Source: Deltaproteobacteria bacterium
Lineage (GTDB): Bacteria; Myxococcota_A; UBA9160; SMWR01
Direction: 5' to 3'
Length of the DNA stretch: 64,000 nt
NCBI GenBank assembly: GCA_031405455.1
Contig: JANNIY010000067.1
Location: forward strand, 14,443-78,442
Both the position numbers and the translations under genes were made by a program. Under the pieces are notes generated by a model, which did not search any database, was not told the DNA's origin, and saw nothing but the letters and a program-made list of their open reading frames with translations. This document shows positions 18,096 to 27,752 of the stretch, one piece after another. Numbering within the stretch: position 1 is the first letter of the stretch; every line of letters starts with the position of its first letter.

Positions 18096-19742
18096 CTACA
18101 GCACGCAGCGATTCCCGATGGCCTGTCTGGCGCGGATCACGTCGATCCAGCTGACGATGTCGTTGCCGTCGAAATCAGCCAGCATGCACGCGCCTTCCGC
18201 GGGCAGGCCGAAGCAGTTCCGCACGGCGAACACGTCCGTCAGCCCGATCACCCCGTCGCCGTCGATGTCCCCCGGGCAGGCGTTGATGACGGGACTGATT
18301 CCGAGGGCGCTGGCCACACTCAGCAGTTCCGCCTTGAGCTGCGGGACGACGGCGGCGTACGGCGCGGCGTCGTAGACGTTCGTCAGCTCGTCGGGGTCGG
18401 CCTCCAGGTCGATCAGCTCCCAGGCCGCGCGGCCGCCCCACTCCTGTCCGAAATGGTTGATGAGCTTGTAGCGCGAGGTGCGGATGCCGTAGTAGGGAAC
18501 CAGGTCCTTTGCGTCCCACTGGTAGTGGTTGAAATAGAAACTCGTTCGCCAATCCGCCGGAGGGGAGCTGCCGAGCAGCTCGAGCACGCTGCGGCCCTGC
18601 ATGTCTCCAGGAATCGCCACGCCCGCAAGCTCCAGCAGCGTCGGAGCCGTATCGGTGTTGATGACGGTTTGGCTCACCACGCGGCCGGGCGCGACGCCCG
18701 GAATTCGCATGAGAAGCGGCAGCCGCAAGATCTCCTCGTAGGGCCTGCGTTTGCCGAACGAGAAATGCTCGCCCACGAACATTCCGTTGTCGGCGGTGAA
18801 AATCACCGCGGTGTCAGCGGCGAGCGGGCCACGCTCGTCCTGGTTCGCGTCGAGGTGATCGAGAATCGATCCGACCGACTCGTCGAGAGCCGCCACGGTG
18901 CGGAGGTAGTACTTCGCGTACTGTTGAAAGATCCAGTCTTCCTGCTGCACGACGGAGAGTCCGCCCGGAAGGTAGGTCTTCCCGAGGGCCTGGAATGGCG
19001 CACTGAGCCAGGACGCCAGCAGATGCGGCCGCAGCAGGAAGCGCGGAAACTGCGCCGGCGGTGCTCTACCGGACCAGCGATCGCCGAACGTCGCCGGCTG
19101 CGCCAGGTCTGCCGAATAGAGCAGCTGGTGCCGTTCGGCCGGGACATAGGGACCGTGCGGCGCCTTGTGCATGATGAACAAGGCGAACGGGCCGGCGGCT
19201 GCCTGGTTCGCGCCGAGCCATGCGATGGCGTCCGTCGTGATCAGATCGGTCGCGTACCCGACGGAGGGCGTCACGACACCATTGCGATTGAAGGTGGGGT
19301 TTGCGTACGGCGGATTCGAGTCGACGAAGACATTCCAATCGTCGAAGCCTGCGTCCCCCGGGCTGCTGATCAGATGCCACTTTCCGATGATCGCGGTGCG
19401 GTACCCGGCCGCCTTCAGCAGGTCCACCACCGTCGTTTGCGATGCGTCGAAGGTGTCCTCGTTTCGCAGAACGCCGTGTCGGTGGCTGTACTTGCCCGTC
19501 ATCAGCGTTGCGCGATTCGGCGCACAGATCTGGTCCACGCCGAAGGCGTTGGTGAACTTCACCCCTTCGTTTGCGATCCGGTCGATGTGCGGCGTGGCGA
19601 CGACGCCGCCGATCCCCGGCCCGTAGGCGGACACCGCGTTCGTGCCCTGGTCGTCGCTCATGATCACGATCAGGTTCGGTTGCTGAGCCCGAGCGACGCT
19701 CGCGAAGATCAGCAAGCCGAGTGAAGCGAGCACGACTTTCAC
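18096..19742 (-). CDS. Secreted Cys-type sulfatase with C-terminal dockerin-like domain
   Basis: Signal peptide, PNLIVIMSDD, CAPNRA, GKWH; C-terminal GDIDGDG...ADFDGND duplicated Ca loops; start approximate. Confidence 0.88.
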   Translation of the reverse strand: MKVVLASLGLLIFASVARAQQPNLIVIMSDDQGTNAVSAYGPGIGGVVATPHIDRIANEGVKFTNAFGVDQICAPNRATLMTGKYSHRHGVLRNEDTFDASQTTVVDLLKAAGYRTAIIGKWHLISSPGDAGFDDWNVFVDSNPPYANPTFNRNGVVTPSVGYATDLITTDAIAWLGANQAAAGPFALFIMHKAPHGPYVPAERHQLLYSADLAQPATFGDRWSGRAPPAQFPRFLLRPHLLASWLSAPFQALGKTYLPGGLSVVQQEDWIFQQYAKYYLRTVAALDESVGSILDHLDANQDERGPLAADTAVIFTADNGMFVGEHFSFGKRRPYEEILRLPLLMRIPGVAPGRVVSQTVINTDTAPTLLELAGVAIPGDMQGRSVLELLGSSPPADWRTSFYFNHYQWDAKDLVPYYGIRTSRYKLINHFGQEWGGRAAWELIDLEADPDELTNVYDAAPYAAVVPQLKAELLSVASALGISPVINACPGDIDGDGVIGLTDVFAVRNCFGLPAEGACMLADFDGNDIVSWIDVIRARQAIGNRCVL

Positions 19743-19892
19743 AGCAGTATCCCGTACCGCGCCGCCAGCGTGTTCCTCAGATCGATGCGACCATCCTACC
19801 CCTGGGGACATGACGAAGTCCAGATTTGGATCCCGGTGTGCGCCAGGTCGTCGTGGGGGCCTTCGCAGCCGCGCTTGGAAATCGACGCCGCT

Positions 19893-20498
19893 CTACCCGG
19901 GCCGTTGCGCGTTGCGGGCGAGTCGCAGCGCGAGGTGCCGCTTCACGTCGGGCCACTCGGCGGCGAGAATGCTGAACATCACCGAATCGCGGACGCTTCC
20001 GTCGCGGCGCGCCGCATGCTGCCGGATCACGCCATCCTTGTGTGCACCGAGCGCCTCGATGGCGCGCTGGGAGCGGAAGTTGAAGTTGTCCGTGCGCAGG
20101 CCGACGACCCTGCATCCCAGCGTCTCGAACGCGTGGGTCAGCAGCAACGTCTTGCAGACGCTGTTCACATGGCTGCGCTGCGAACTCGCTGCATACCACG
20201 TGTAACCAATCTCGACGCGGTCGATGGGCTTGATGATGTCGTGGTAGCGCGTGCTGCCGACGACGTTGCCGCTCGTGAGGTCCCGCACCGCCCACGGCAA
20301 CATGTGGCCGTCGCGCTGGCCCGCGAGCGCGGTATCGATGTATCCGCGCGTCTCCCCCGGCGCCGGAACCCCGGTGAACCAGAGCTCCCACAGCGCGCCA
20401 TCGGCGGCTGCCGCAGTGAGATCCCGCTCGTGATCGAACGCGAGCGGCTCGAGTCGGATGCCGCGGCCCTCGAGCACGATCGGTTGGGGCTCGATCAC
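19893..20498 (-). CDS. GNAT family N-acetyltransferase (RimJ/RimL-like)
   Basis: VEIGYTW, NFRSQRAIEALGA, RDSVMFSIL. Confidence 0.9.
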   Translation of the reverse strand: MIEPQPIVLEGRGIRLEPLAFDHERDLTAAAADGALWELWFTGVPAPGETRGYIDTALAGQRDGHMLPWAVRDLTSGNVVGSTRYHDIIKPIDRVEIGYTWYAASSQRSHVNSVCKTLLLTHAFETLGCRVVGLRTDNFNFRSQRAIEALGAHKDGVIRQHAARRDGSVRDSVMFSILAAEWPDVKRHLALRLARNAQRPG

Positions 20499-20712
20499 GA
20501 GACGCCTCCGGCTCGGTCGCCGCGGCGGGCCGAGAAACTTTCACGGAGGGCTGAGCCTAGCCAGCCGCCGAGTCGCCGTGCAACCGCCCCGCGAGCGCCT
20601 CGGATTGCATGCAGATCCATCGCTTCTGCGTGGGCGCGGACCTCTCCGGGGCGTCGTAGGGGTGCCATTGCGCAAGCTCAACACGCCGAGGCGTAGCGAA
20701 GCGTCGACCTGT

Positions 20713-21342
20713 TCAGGTCTTGCGATCGGGCTGCGGTTGCCTCGTCGCAATGATGGCATGTCCCGCGTCGTCGCTGGGAATGCAGGCGATCGCCTTGGAA
20801 TGAGTGGCATCGATGAGCGGCTCGGCCGCCAGCTCAGCGACGGGGGGCCAGAAATAGACGTTTTCCCACAGCCATTCGATGAGTTCGATGGCACCCAGGC
20901 CGGCCTGGCGGGCTCGCTGGTCGAGCGAGTCCCGGAGGGCTTCGAGTCGGGCCTTCTCATCCGGCTTGGCGCGCGGGCGCGCATCCAGGATCTCCCGGAT
21001 CGCCGTGTGCGCGGCTTCGCGGACGGCCCGATCTTCGTCGCGCAGCGCGAGGCTGATCGCCCAGACGGACTCGCGATCGTCTGTCCGATGCGCGCCGAGC
21101 TGCCCGGCGGCTTCGACTCGAAGAGCGGAGACGCGGCTCTTCAGCAGTACGTGCCGGTAGACGGCCAGGCGTCCGGCGGGGAGGGGTTCGGCGGATTCGG
21201 GTGTCATCGCGGCAAGCGTGCCGCGAGACCCGACTGGCTCGAGGTTCGTCGGCGAAGTCTGGCAACCGACGGCGAAGCCGAAAGCGCCGGCGATCACGGC
21301 GGACCGGAGAATGCCTGCTGTACGTGACGCTTTCGCTTCCAC
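20713..21342 (-). CDS. Hypothetical lipoprotein with HEAT-like repeat
   Basis: Lipobox AVGC; LRDEDRAVREAA HEAT-like motif. Confidence 0.5.
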   Translation of the reverse strand: MEAKASRTAGILRSAVIAGAFGFAVGCQTSPTNLEPVGSRGTLAAMTPESAEPLPAGRLAVYRHVLLKSRVSALRVEAAGQLGAHRTDDRESVWAISLALRDEDRAVREAAHTAIREILDARPRAKPDEKARLEALRDSLDQRARQAGLGAIELIEWLWENVYFWPPVAELAAEPLIDATHSKAIACIPSDDAGHAIIATRQPQPDRKT

Positions 21343-21527
21343 GCCAACGCCTCTGCGCGTATGCTGACGCCGATTCCGACGTGCCGCCAGTGGCGCCCTT
21401 TCGCAGCAGCCTCGCGGAATCGCCCACGGCGACGCGACCTGGTGTGACGACAGTGCGTGATGCCGTCACGCCAGCGGGTCTCGAAGTGAACGTGCGTCCG
21501 CGGTCCGGTCGCCCGTCGAGGTCGGCC

Positions 21528-22691
21528 TCAGAGCGCGCGCAACCCCGTGATGTGCTCGCCGAGGATCAGCGTGTGCACGTCGTGGGTGCCTTCGTAGGTG
21601 CGCACCGTCTCCAGGTTCACCATGTGGCGCATGGCCTGGTAGTCGTCGACGATGCCGTTGGCGCCGAGCAGGTCGCGGGCGAGGCGCGCGATCTGGAGCG
21701 CGGCGTCGACGTTGTTGCGCTTGGCCATCGATACCATCGTGTGATCGAGCTTGCCTTCGTCCTTCAAGCGCCCGAGGCGCAGGGCGAGGAGCTGGGCCTT
21801 GGTGATCTCCGTCAGCATGAATACGAGTTTTTCCTGCGTGAGCTGCTTGCCGGCGAGCGGACCGCCCTGCACCAGACGCTCCTGCGTGTAGCGCAGCGCC
21901 TCGTCGTAGCACGCCATCGCGGCGCCGAGGGCACCCCAGGCGATGCCGTATCGCGCTTGCGTGAGGCACGACAACGGCCCCTTGAGTCCCTCGACATCCA
22001 GCCGGTTCGCGTCGTCGACCTCGACGTCCTGGAGGAAGAGCTCCGACGTGACCGAGGCGCGCAGCGAGAACTTGCCCTTCATGTCGGCGCTCGTGAAGCC
22101 GCGCGTGCCCTTCTCGATGAGGAAGCCGCGCACGCCCTCCTCGCTGCGCGCCCAGACCACGGCGACGTCGGCGAGCGAGCCGTTCGTGATCCAGCGCTTC
22201 GTGCCGTTCAGGATCCAGCGCGAGCCGCGCTTTTCCGCCTTGGTTCGCATGCCGCCGACGTGGCTGCCGAAATCGGGCTCGGTGAGGCCGAAGCAGCCGA
22301 TCGCGCGCCCCGACGACAGCTCCGGTAGCCAGCGCTGCTTCTGTTCGGGGGAGCCGTAGGCATGGATCGGATACATCACGAGGCCGCCCTGCACCGAAGC
22401 AAACGAGCGCAGGCCGGAATCGCCGCGCTCGAGTTCTTGCATGACGAGCCCGTAGGCGACGTTGTTCATGCCGGCGCAGCCGTAGCCGTGGAGGTTCGCG
22501 CCGAACAAGCCGAGGTCGGCCATTTTGGGGACGAGGGCCATCGGAAACGAGCCGTCCTGGCGGACGTGCTCCTGGATGAGCGGCAGGAACTCCTTCGAGA
22601 CGAACTCGCGCACGCTCTGGCGCGCGAGCTTCTCCTCGTCGGAGAGCAGGTCGTCGAGACGCAGAAAATCGACGCTGGAATAATCGGCCAT
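21528..22691 (-). CDS. Acyl-CoA dehydrogenase (glutaryl-CoA dehydrogenase-like)
   Basis: ELERGDSGLRS, GCFGLTEPDFGS, KRWITNG, TYEGT. Confidence 0.92.
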   Translation of the reverse strand: MADYSSVDFLRLDDLLSDEEKLARQSVREFVSKEFLPLIQEHVRQDGSFPMALVPKMADLGLFGANLHGYGCAGMNNVAYGLVMQELERGDSGLRSFASVQGGLVMYPIHAYGSPEQKQRWLPELSSGRAIGCFGLTEPDFGSHVGGMRTKAEKRGSRWILNGTKRWITNGSLADVAVVWARSEEGVRGFLIEKGTRGFTSADMKGKFSLRASVTSELFLQDVEVDDANRLDVEGLKGPLSCLTQARYGIAWGALGAAMACYDEALRYTQERLVQGGPLAGKQLTQEKLVFMLTEITKAQLLALRLGRLKDEGKLDHTMVSMAKRNNVDAALQIARLARDLLGANGIVDDYQAMRHMVNLETVRTYEGTHDVHTLILGEHITGLRAL

Positions 22692-22798
22692 GCTGGCCTC
22701 CGCAACCCGGAGTTTGGGCGCGGCAAGCCTAGCGAAACGCAACGGCCCGCTGGCGGGCGCCAGCGGGCCGTTGCGGACGTCTCAGCGAGCCTGAAGGC

Positions 22799-23215
22799 TC
22801 AGAGCGAAGCGGCTTCGCCGTTGCCGCTGCTGCGCTTGCCGCCGCGATCGAGCTCCTTGAGCTTGCGCGTCAGCACGGTCAGCTTGCGGTCGATGCGATC
22901 GAGATCGTTCTTGGTCGCGATCTGGAGCGCTCCGAGCACGCGGTCGACCGCGCCGTCGATCTGCTCGGTCGCCTCGCCGCGCAGATTCTGGGCGCGCTTG
23001 ATCAGCGGGTTCTTGCGCAGCTCGGTCTGCAGGCGCTTGACCTGCTTGCGTGTCTGCTTCTCGATGTCCTTGCGCCCGCTCGCGAGCTGCTTCTCGAAGC
23101 TCTTGCGGCGGCTCTGGATCTGCTTCTGCACGCGGCGAAGCTCTCCATCGATGCTGCGGAAAACGGACGTCACGCGTTCCATACCCTCGTTCACGAGGCT
23201 CGTCTGTTCGGTCAT
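22799..23215 (-). CDS. Phasin-like (PHA granule-associated, PhaI/PhaF-like) coiled-coil protein
   Basis: SD AAGGAG; amphipathic coiled coil ending LQIATKNDLDRIDRKL. Confidence 0.6.
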   Translation of the reverse strand: MTEQTSLVNEGMERVTSVFRSIDGELRRVQKQIQSRRKSFEKQLASGRKDIEKQTRKQVKRLQTELRKNPLIKRAQNLRGEATEQIDGAVDRVLGALQIATKNDLDRIDRKLTVLTRKLKELDRGGKRSSGNGEAASL

Positions 23216-23279
23216 GGGGTGTCTCCTTGGCTGGCTGTGCGGGTGCTGGCTGGGGCCGGCCCCGCCTTCGATGGAGATC

Positions 23280-23307
23280 AATATAACACGCCGCGTTATA
23301 GCGTCAA
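23280..23307 (-). promoter_or_regulatory. sigma70 promoter with overlapping palindromic operator
   Basis: TTGACG-N16-TATATT with extended TGn; palindrome TATAAC-N7-GTTATA at 23282-23300. Confidence 0.7.
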
Positions 23308-23405
23308 GCGACCGGCGAAAGTCTGTGTAATAGGCCGGTTTTTATTGGAATAACAGGGTTTTTATGGGCCGAGTTGCGAGTCGATCTAGACGCAGCGCGG
23401 CATGG

Positions 23406-24419
23406 TTACCAGCGCACCACCGCGCTCGACCACGAGAAGCCCGAGCCGAAGGTCGTGAACGAGACGACCTGCCCGCGCGCGAGCCGTCCGCCGCGCACCG
23501 CCTCGTCGAGCAGAATCGGGAGCGAGGCGGCCGAGCAGTTGCCGTAGCGCTCGATGTTGTTGAGGCACTTCTCGGCGGGGATCTCGAGCGCCTGCGCGAC
23601 GTATTCGTTGATGCGCAGGTTTGCCTGGTGGAACAGGAACAGGTCGACATCCTCGAGCTTCAAGCTCGCGGCGTGCAGCGTCTCGAGCAGCACCTCGGGC
23701 ATGCGCGTCACGGCGTGCTTGAACACGAAGCGGCCTTCCATGTGGGGGAAGTGGCGCTTCTGATCGATGTATTCGTGCGTCAGGCGTGAGGGGTAGTTGC
23801 CCGAGCCCGGCGCTTCGACCCAAAGCTTCTCGGCGTGCTTGCCCTCCGCGTGCAGCCGCACCTCGAGCAGGCCCGAGGTGTCCGTGTCGTCGTCGTTTGC
23901 TTCGAGCACCACCGCGCCGGCGCCATCGCCGAAGAGCACCGTGACATCGCGGCCTTCGCTCGAGAAATCGAGGCCCGTCGAGTGCACCTCGCAGCCGACG
24001 ACGAGCACGCGGCGGAACTGGCGCGCGCGAATGAAGCTGTTCGCGACGGCGAGCGAATAGATGAAGCCGCTGCACTGCGCGCGCAGGTCGAAGCACGGGA
24101 TCTCGGGCGTCCCGAGCCGGTCCTGAAGGAAGAACGAAGTCCCGGGAAATTCAGCCTGCGCCGAGAGCGTGGCGAGGATGATGCAGTCGATCTCGCTCGG
24201 TTCGAGATTCGCGGCGGCGAGCGCGCGCAGCGACGCCTGATGCGCGAGATCGGCGGGCGTCTCGCCCGGACTGATGTGGTGGCGCTCGACGATGCCCGAT
24301 CGCTGTCGGATCCACTCGTCGCTCGTGTCCATCAGCTTCGCGAGGTCGTGGTTCGTCACCACGCGCTCCGGGACGAACATCCCGGTGCCGGTGAGCTTTG
24401 CGCGCGGACCCATCGTCAT
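23406..24419 (-). CDS. fabH: 3-oxoacyl-ACP synthase III
   Basis: DTSDEWI, AQCSGF, LFGDGAGA, HQAN, YGN catalytic triad motifs. Confidence 0.92.
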   Translation of the reverse strand: MTMGPRAKLTGTGMFVPERVVTNHDLAKLMDTSDEWIRQRSGIVERHHISPGETPADLAHQASLRALAAANLEPSEIDCIILATLSAQAEFPGTSFFLQDRLGTPEIPCFDLRAQCSGFIYSLAVANSFIRARQFRRVLVVGCEVHSTGLDFSSEGRDVTVLFGDGAGAVVLEANDDDTDTSGLLEVRLHAEGKHAEKLWVEAPGSGNYPSRLTHEYIDQKRHFPHMEGRFVFKHAVTRMPEVLLETLHAASLKLEDVDLFLFHQANLRINEYVAQALEIPAEKCLNNIERYGNCSAASLPILLDEAVRGGRLARGQVVSFTTFGSGFSWSSAVVRW

Positions 24420-26095
24420 CCCCCTTGCGCCATGAGCCGAGGCGGCTCGTGGCCCGCGCCCTCGCGCCGGTCGATTTCGTAGAGCATTCGATCGGCGCGC
24501 GCGAGCAGCTCGCGCAGGCCCGTGCCGTGCAGCGCCGAAACCGCGACGCCTTCGTGTCGCTCCGCGAGCGATTCTCCCACGCCCGGTGGCAACATGTCGA
24601 TGCGATTGAAGACCAGCAACTCTGGGGTCTCCCCGAGGTGGATCGACGCGAGCACCTCGCGCACCGCCGCGATGCGGCGCTCGATGTCGGGCGCCGCCGC
24701 GTCGACGACGTGCAGCAGCAGCGAGGCGTCTGCGATTTCTTCGAGCGTCGCGCGGAAGGCGTTCACGAGATCCTGCGGCAGATCGCGGATGAAGCCAACG
24801 GTATCGGTGACGATCACTTCTCGCTCGCGGGGAAAGCGCAGCCGGCGCGAGGTGGTATCGAGCGTGGCGAACATGCGATTGGCGACGAGGACTTCGCTGC
24901 AGGTGAGCGCGCGCAGCAGCGTGCTCTTGCCAGCGTTCGTGTAGCCGACGATCGAGAGGATCGGCAGCTCGCGCCGCGTGCGGCGCCGTCGGCGCGCTTC
25001 ACGCTGACGGCGCAGCGTGGTGAGTTCGCGCTCGAGGCGGGAGATGCGATCACGAACCCGCCGCCGGTCCACCTCGAGCTTCTGCTCGCCGGGCCCGCGC
25101 CCGCCGATGCCGCCCGCCAACCGCGAGAGCGAGCGGTCCTCGGCCTGCGCGAGGCGCGGCAGCCGATAGCGCAGTTGCGCGAGCTCGACCTGGAGCTTGC
25201 CGTCCCGGGTGGTGGCGTGTTGCGCGAAAATATCGAGGATCAGCTGCGTGCGGTCGATCACGCGCAGGTCGAGGCGCTGCGCGAGGTTGCGCGCCTGCGT
25301 CGGTGTCAGGTTCTGATCGAAGATGACCAGGTCGACGTCGCTCTGGAAGGCGCGGATCACGAGCTCGTCGAGACGGCCGGAGCCGATCAGCAATTTCGGA
25401 TCGACGCGCGGCCGATGCTGCGTGAGAATCGAGACGACTTCGACCCCCGCCGAGCGCGCCAGCTCCTTGAGTTCTTCGAGCTGCATCTCGATGTCGAAGG
25501 GCCGACGCCCTGCGGTGACGGACACCAGGATCGCGCGCTCGGAGGTGCCGACCTCGCGGGTCTGCGACTGCCGCGCGAGCGCTTCCTCGCGCTCCCGGAT
25601 GAAGACCCGGAAATCGAGGTCGAGCTGGGCCGGCGGCGTGGGTTCGAGGTGCTCGACCGCCGCATCGTCGGCATTGGCGGGCCGCAGCGCCGCGGCGTAG
25701 ACCAGACCGGGAAGCCCATCGGGCAGCGTTCCGATCGCGACCATCGCATCGAGCCGCAGCAGGGCGAGGTCGGTGAGGTCGTCGCGCGTGAGCGGCTCGG
25801 CGCCCAGATGGGTATGGATGCAGCGCAGTCCGCGGAGCCGCCCGCGACCTGCACGCACGCGCCCCCAATCCGGCAGTTCGATCGAGCGCGCGTCCCCCAC
25901 CATGACGTGGGTCACGGCGCCTCCGCGATCGACCAGCACACCCACCTGACGTCGGATCTCGGCCGTCAGCTCGGTCAGAGCCCTGGCGAACTCCTGGGTC
26001 AGCAGGCGATCGGGAGGGATATGGCGTCGGAAGAGGCGTTCAAGCTGGCGGACCTGGCTCGCCTTCAGCCCGTGGGTATTGCCGAAGATTCGGAT
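24416..26095 (-). CDS. hflX: GTPase HflX (long N-terminal form), probable ATC start
   Basis: [18 protein letters not shown]; conserved [10 protein letters not shown]-terminus lies upstream of the first canonical start (25945); in-frame stop at 26135-26137. Confidence 0.93.
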   Translation of the reverse strand: MRIFGNTHGLKASQVRQLERLFRRHIPPDRLLTQEFARALTELTAEIRRQVGVLVDRGGAVTHVMVGDARSIELPDWGRVRAGRGRLRGLRCIHTHLGAEPLTRDDLTDLALLRLDAMVAIGTLPDGLPGLVYAAALRPANADDAAVEHLEPTPPAQLDLDFRVFIREREEALARQSQTREVGTSERAILVSVTAGRRPFDIEMQLEELKELARSAGVEVVSILTQHRPRVDPKLLIGSGRLDELVIRAFQSDVDLVIFDQNLTPTQARNLAQRLDLRVIDRTQLILDIFAQHATTRDGKLQVELAQLRYRLPRLAQAEDRSLSRLAGGIGGRGPGEQKLEVDRRRVRDRISRLERELTTLRRQREARRRRRTRRELPILSIVGYTNAGKSTLLRALTCSEVLVANRMFATLDTTSRRLRFPREREVIVTDTVGFIRDLPQDLVNAFRATLEEIADASLLLHVVDAAAPDIERRIAAVREVLASIHLGETPELLVFNRIDMLPPGVGESLAERHEGVAVSALHGTGLRELLARADRMLYEIDRREGAGHEPPRLMAQGG

Positions 26096-26276
26096 GGCCT
26101 CGCCCTGCCGTCTGCCGTGGATCTGTAGGGGAATCTACGGAACGCGGCCGCTGCGGTGCAAGCGACCATGAACTCCGCCCCCAGGGGGAGCCAACTACCT
26201 CTTCCTGCTGGTGAGGAGTACCTTCGCCCACCTGCCCGTCAGTTCCCGCGACCGGCGCGCCGAAGAGGAGGGTCGC

Positions 26277-27734
26277 ATGGGCGCAACCCCGCGTCAGATC
26301 GCCGCGATCGTCCTCGCTGCCGGCCAGGGCACGCGGATGAAGTCCGCGCTCGCGAAGGTGCTGCACCCGCTCGCGGGCCGCCCGATGCTCGCCTATCCGT
26401 TGGCGGCCGCCGAGTCACTGAACCCCAGGCGATTGATCGTCGTGGTTGGGCGCGACGCCGAACAGGTCACGCAGGCCGTCGCGGGTCGCGCCGAAAGCGT
26501 GCTCCAGGCGCAGCAGCGCGGCACCGGTCACGCCGTGCTCCAGGCCGCCCCGGCGCTCGCCGGCTTTCGCGGCGACGTGTTGATCCTGTATGGAGACACG
26601 CCGCTGCTGCGGGCCGAGACGCTCGCACGCATGGTGCGCTTCAAGGCCGAGACCGGCGCCGATCTGGTGATGCTCTCGGCGCGGGTGAACGTGCCCGGAA
26701 TCGTCGTGCGCGACGCCGCGGGCCGGCTCGCACGTATCGTCGAGGCCACGGATGCGACCCCCGCCGAGCTCGCCATCGAGGAGCGCAACACGGGGGTGTA
26801 CCTGGTCGACGCGGAGCTGCTCTGGAAGACGCTCGCGCAAGTCGGTGATCAGAACCGCCAGGGCGAGATCTACCTCACCAGCATCGTCGAGATCGCGGTG
26901 CGCGAAGGCCTCGTCGTCGAGGCGCTGATGATCCCGGACGCCGACGAGGCGATCGGGGTCAACCAGCGCGCCGAGCTCGCCCAGGCGGCCGCGGTGCTGC
27001 GCCGCCGCAAGCTGAACCAGCTCATGCTGGACGGTGTCTCCATCGTCGATCCAGCGGCGACCTGGATCGACATGGACGCGGAAGTTGGCCGCGACTGCGT
27101 GATCGAACCGGGGTGCGTGATCCAGGGCCGGACGCGCCTCGGCGAGCGGGTGCATCTGAAGCCGGGCTGCATGCTCGAAGCGAGCGAAGTGGGTGACGAC
27201 AGCGTGATCGGACCGAACGCCCATCTGCGACCCGGCACGCGCCTGGGCCGCAACGTCCGCATCGGGAACTTCGTCGAGGTGAAGAACAGCGTGCTCGCCG
27301 ACGGCGTGAAGGCGGACCACCTCTCCTACATCGGGGATGCCGACGTCGGCGCCGGGGCGAGCTTCGGTTGCGGCTCGGTCGTCGTGAACTACGACGGCCT
27401 CGCGAAACACCGCACGCTCGTCGGCCCGCGCGCATTCATCGGCTGCAACGCGAATCTGGTCGCGCCGCTGCAAATCTCCGAAGACGCGTTCGTCGCGGCC
27501 GGCTCGACGATCACCAGGGACGTCCCCGCGCTCGCGCTCGCCGTCGCGCGCGCAAAGCAGCAGCACATCGATGGCTGGGTGGCGCGACGCCGCGCGCGGG
27601 GTGCGGATGCGCACGCGGCGAAGGCGCCCGCGGCTGCGCCGGCGAGCGCGGAGCGTCCCTCGCGCGGCCGGGCCAAGACCAAGCCTCGGGCGACCCGGTC
27701 GCAAAAGTCGAAGCAGCGAAAGCGCGGCCGCTAG
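26277..27734 (+). CDS. glmU: Bifunctional UDP-GlcNAc pyrophosphorylase/GlcN-1-P acetyltransferase
   Basis: LAAGQGTRMKS, GTGHA, YGDTP, hexapeptide repeats, GNFVEVK, HLSYIGDA, NYDG. Confidence 0.95.
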   Translation: MGATPRQIAAIVLAAGQGTRMKSALAKVLHPLAGRPMLAYPLAAAESLNPRRLIVVVGRDAEQVTQAVAGRAESVLQAQQRGTGHAVLQAAPALAGFRGDVLILYGDTPLLRAETLARMVRFKAETGADLVMLSARVNVPGIVVRDAAGRLARIVEATDATPAELAIEERNTGVYLVDAELLWKTLAQVGDQNRQGEIYLTSIVEIAVREGLVVEALMIPDADEAIGVNQRAELAQAAAVLRRRKLNQLMLDGVSIVDPAATWIDMDAEVGRDCVIEPGCVIQGRTRLGERVHLKPGCMLEASEVGDDSVIGPNAHLRPGTRLGRNVRIGNFVEVKNSVLADGVKADHLSYIGDADVGAGASFGCGSVVVNYDGLAKHRTLVGPRAFIGCNANLVAPLQISEDAFVAAGSTITRDVPALALAVARAKQQHIDGWVARRRARGADAHAAKAPAAAPASAERPSRGRAKTKPRATRSQKSKQRKRGR

Positions 27735-27752
27735 CCGCGACAGGAGCCGAAC

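Noticed and set aside
27735-27752. glmS ribozyme upstream of glmS
   Set aside because: Only 18 nt separate glmU and glmS; no room and no motif
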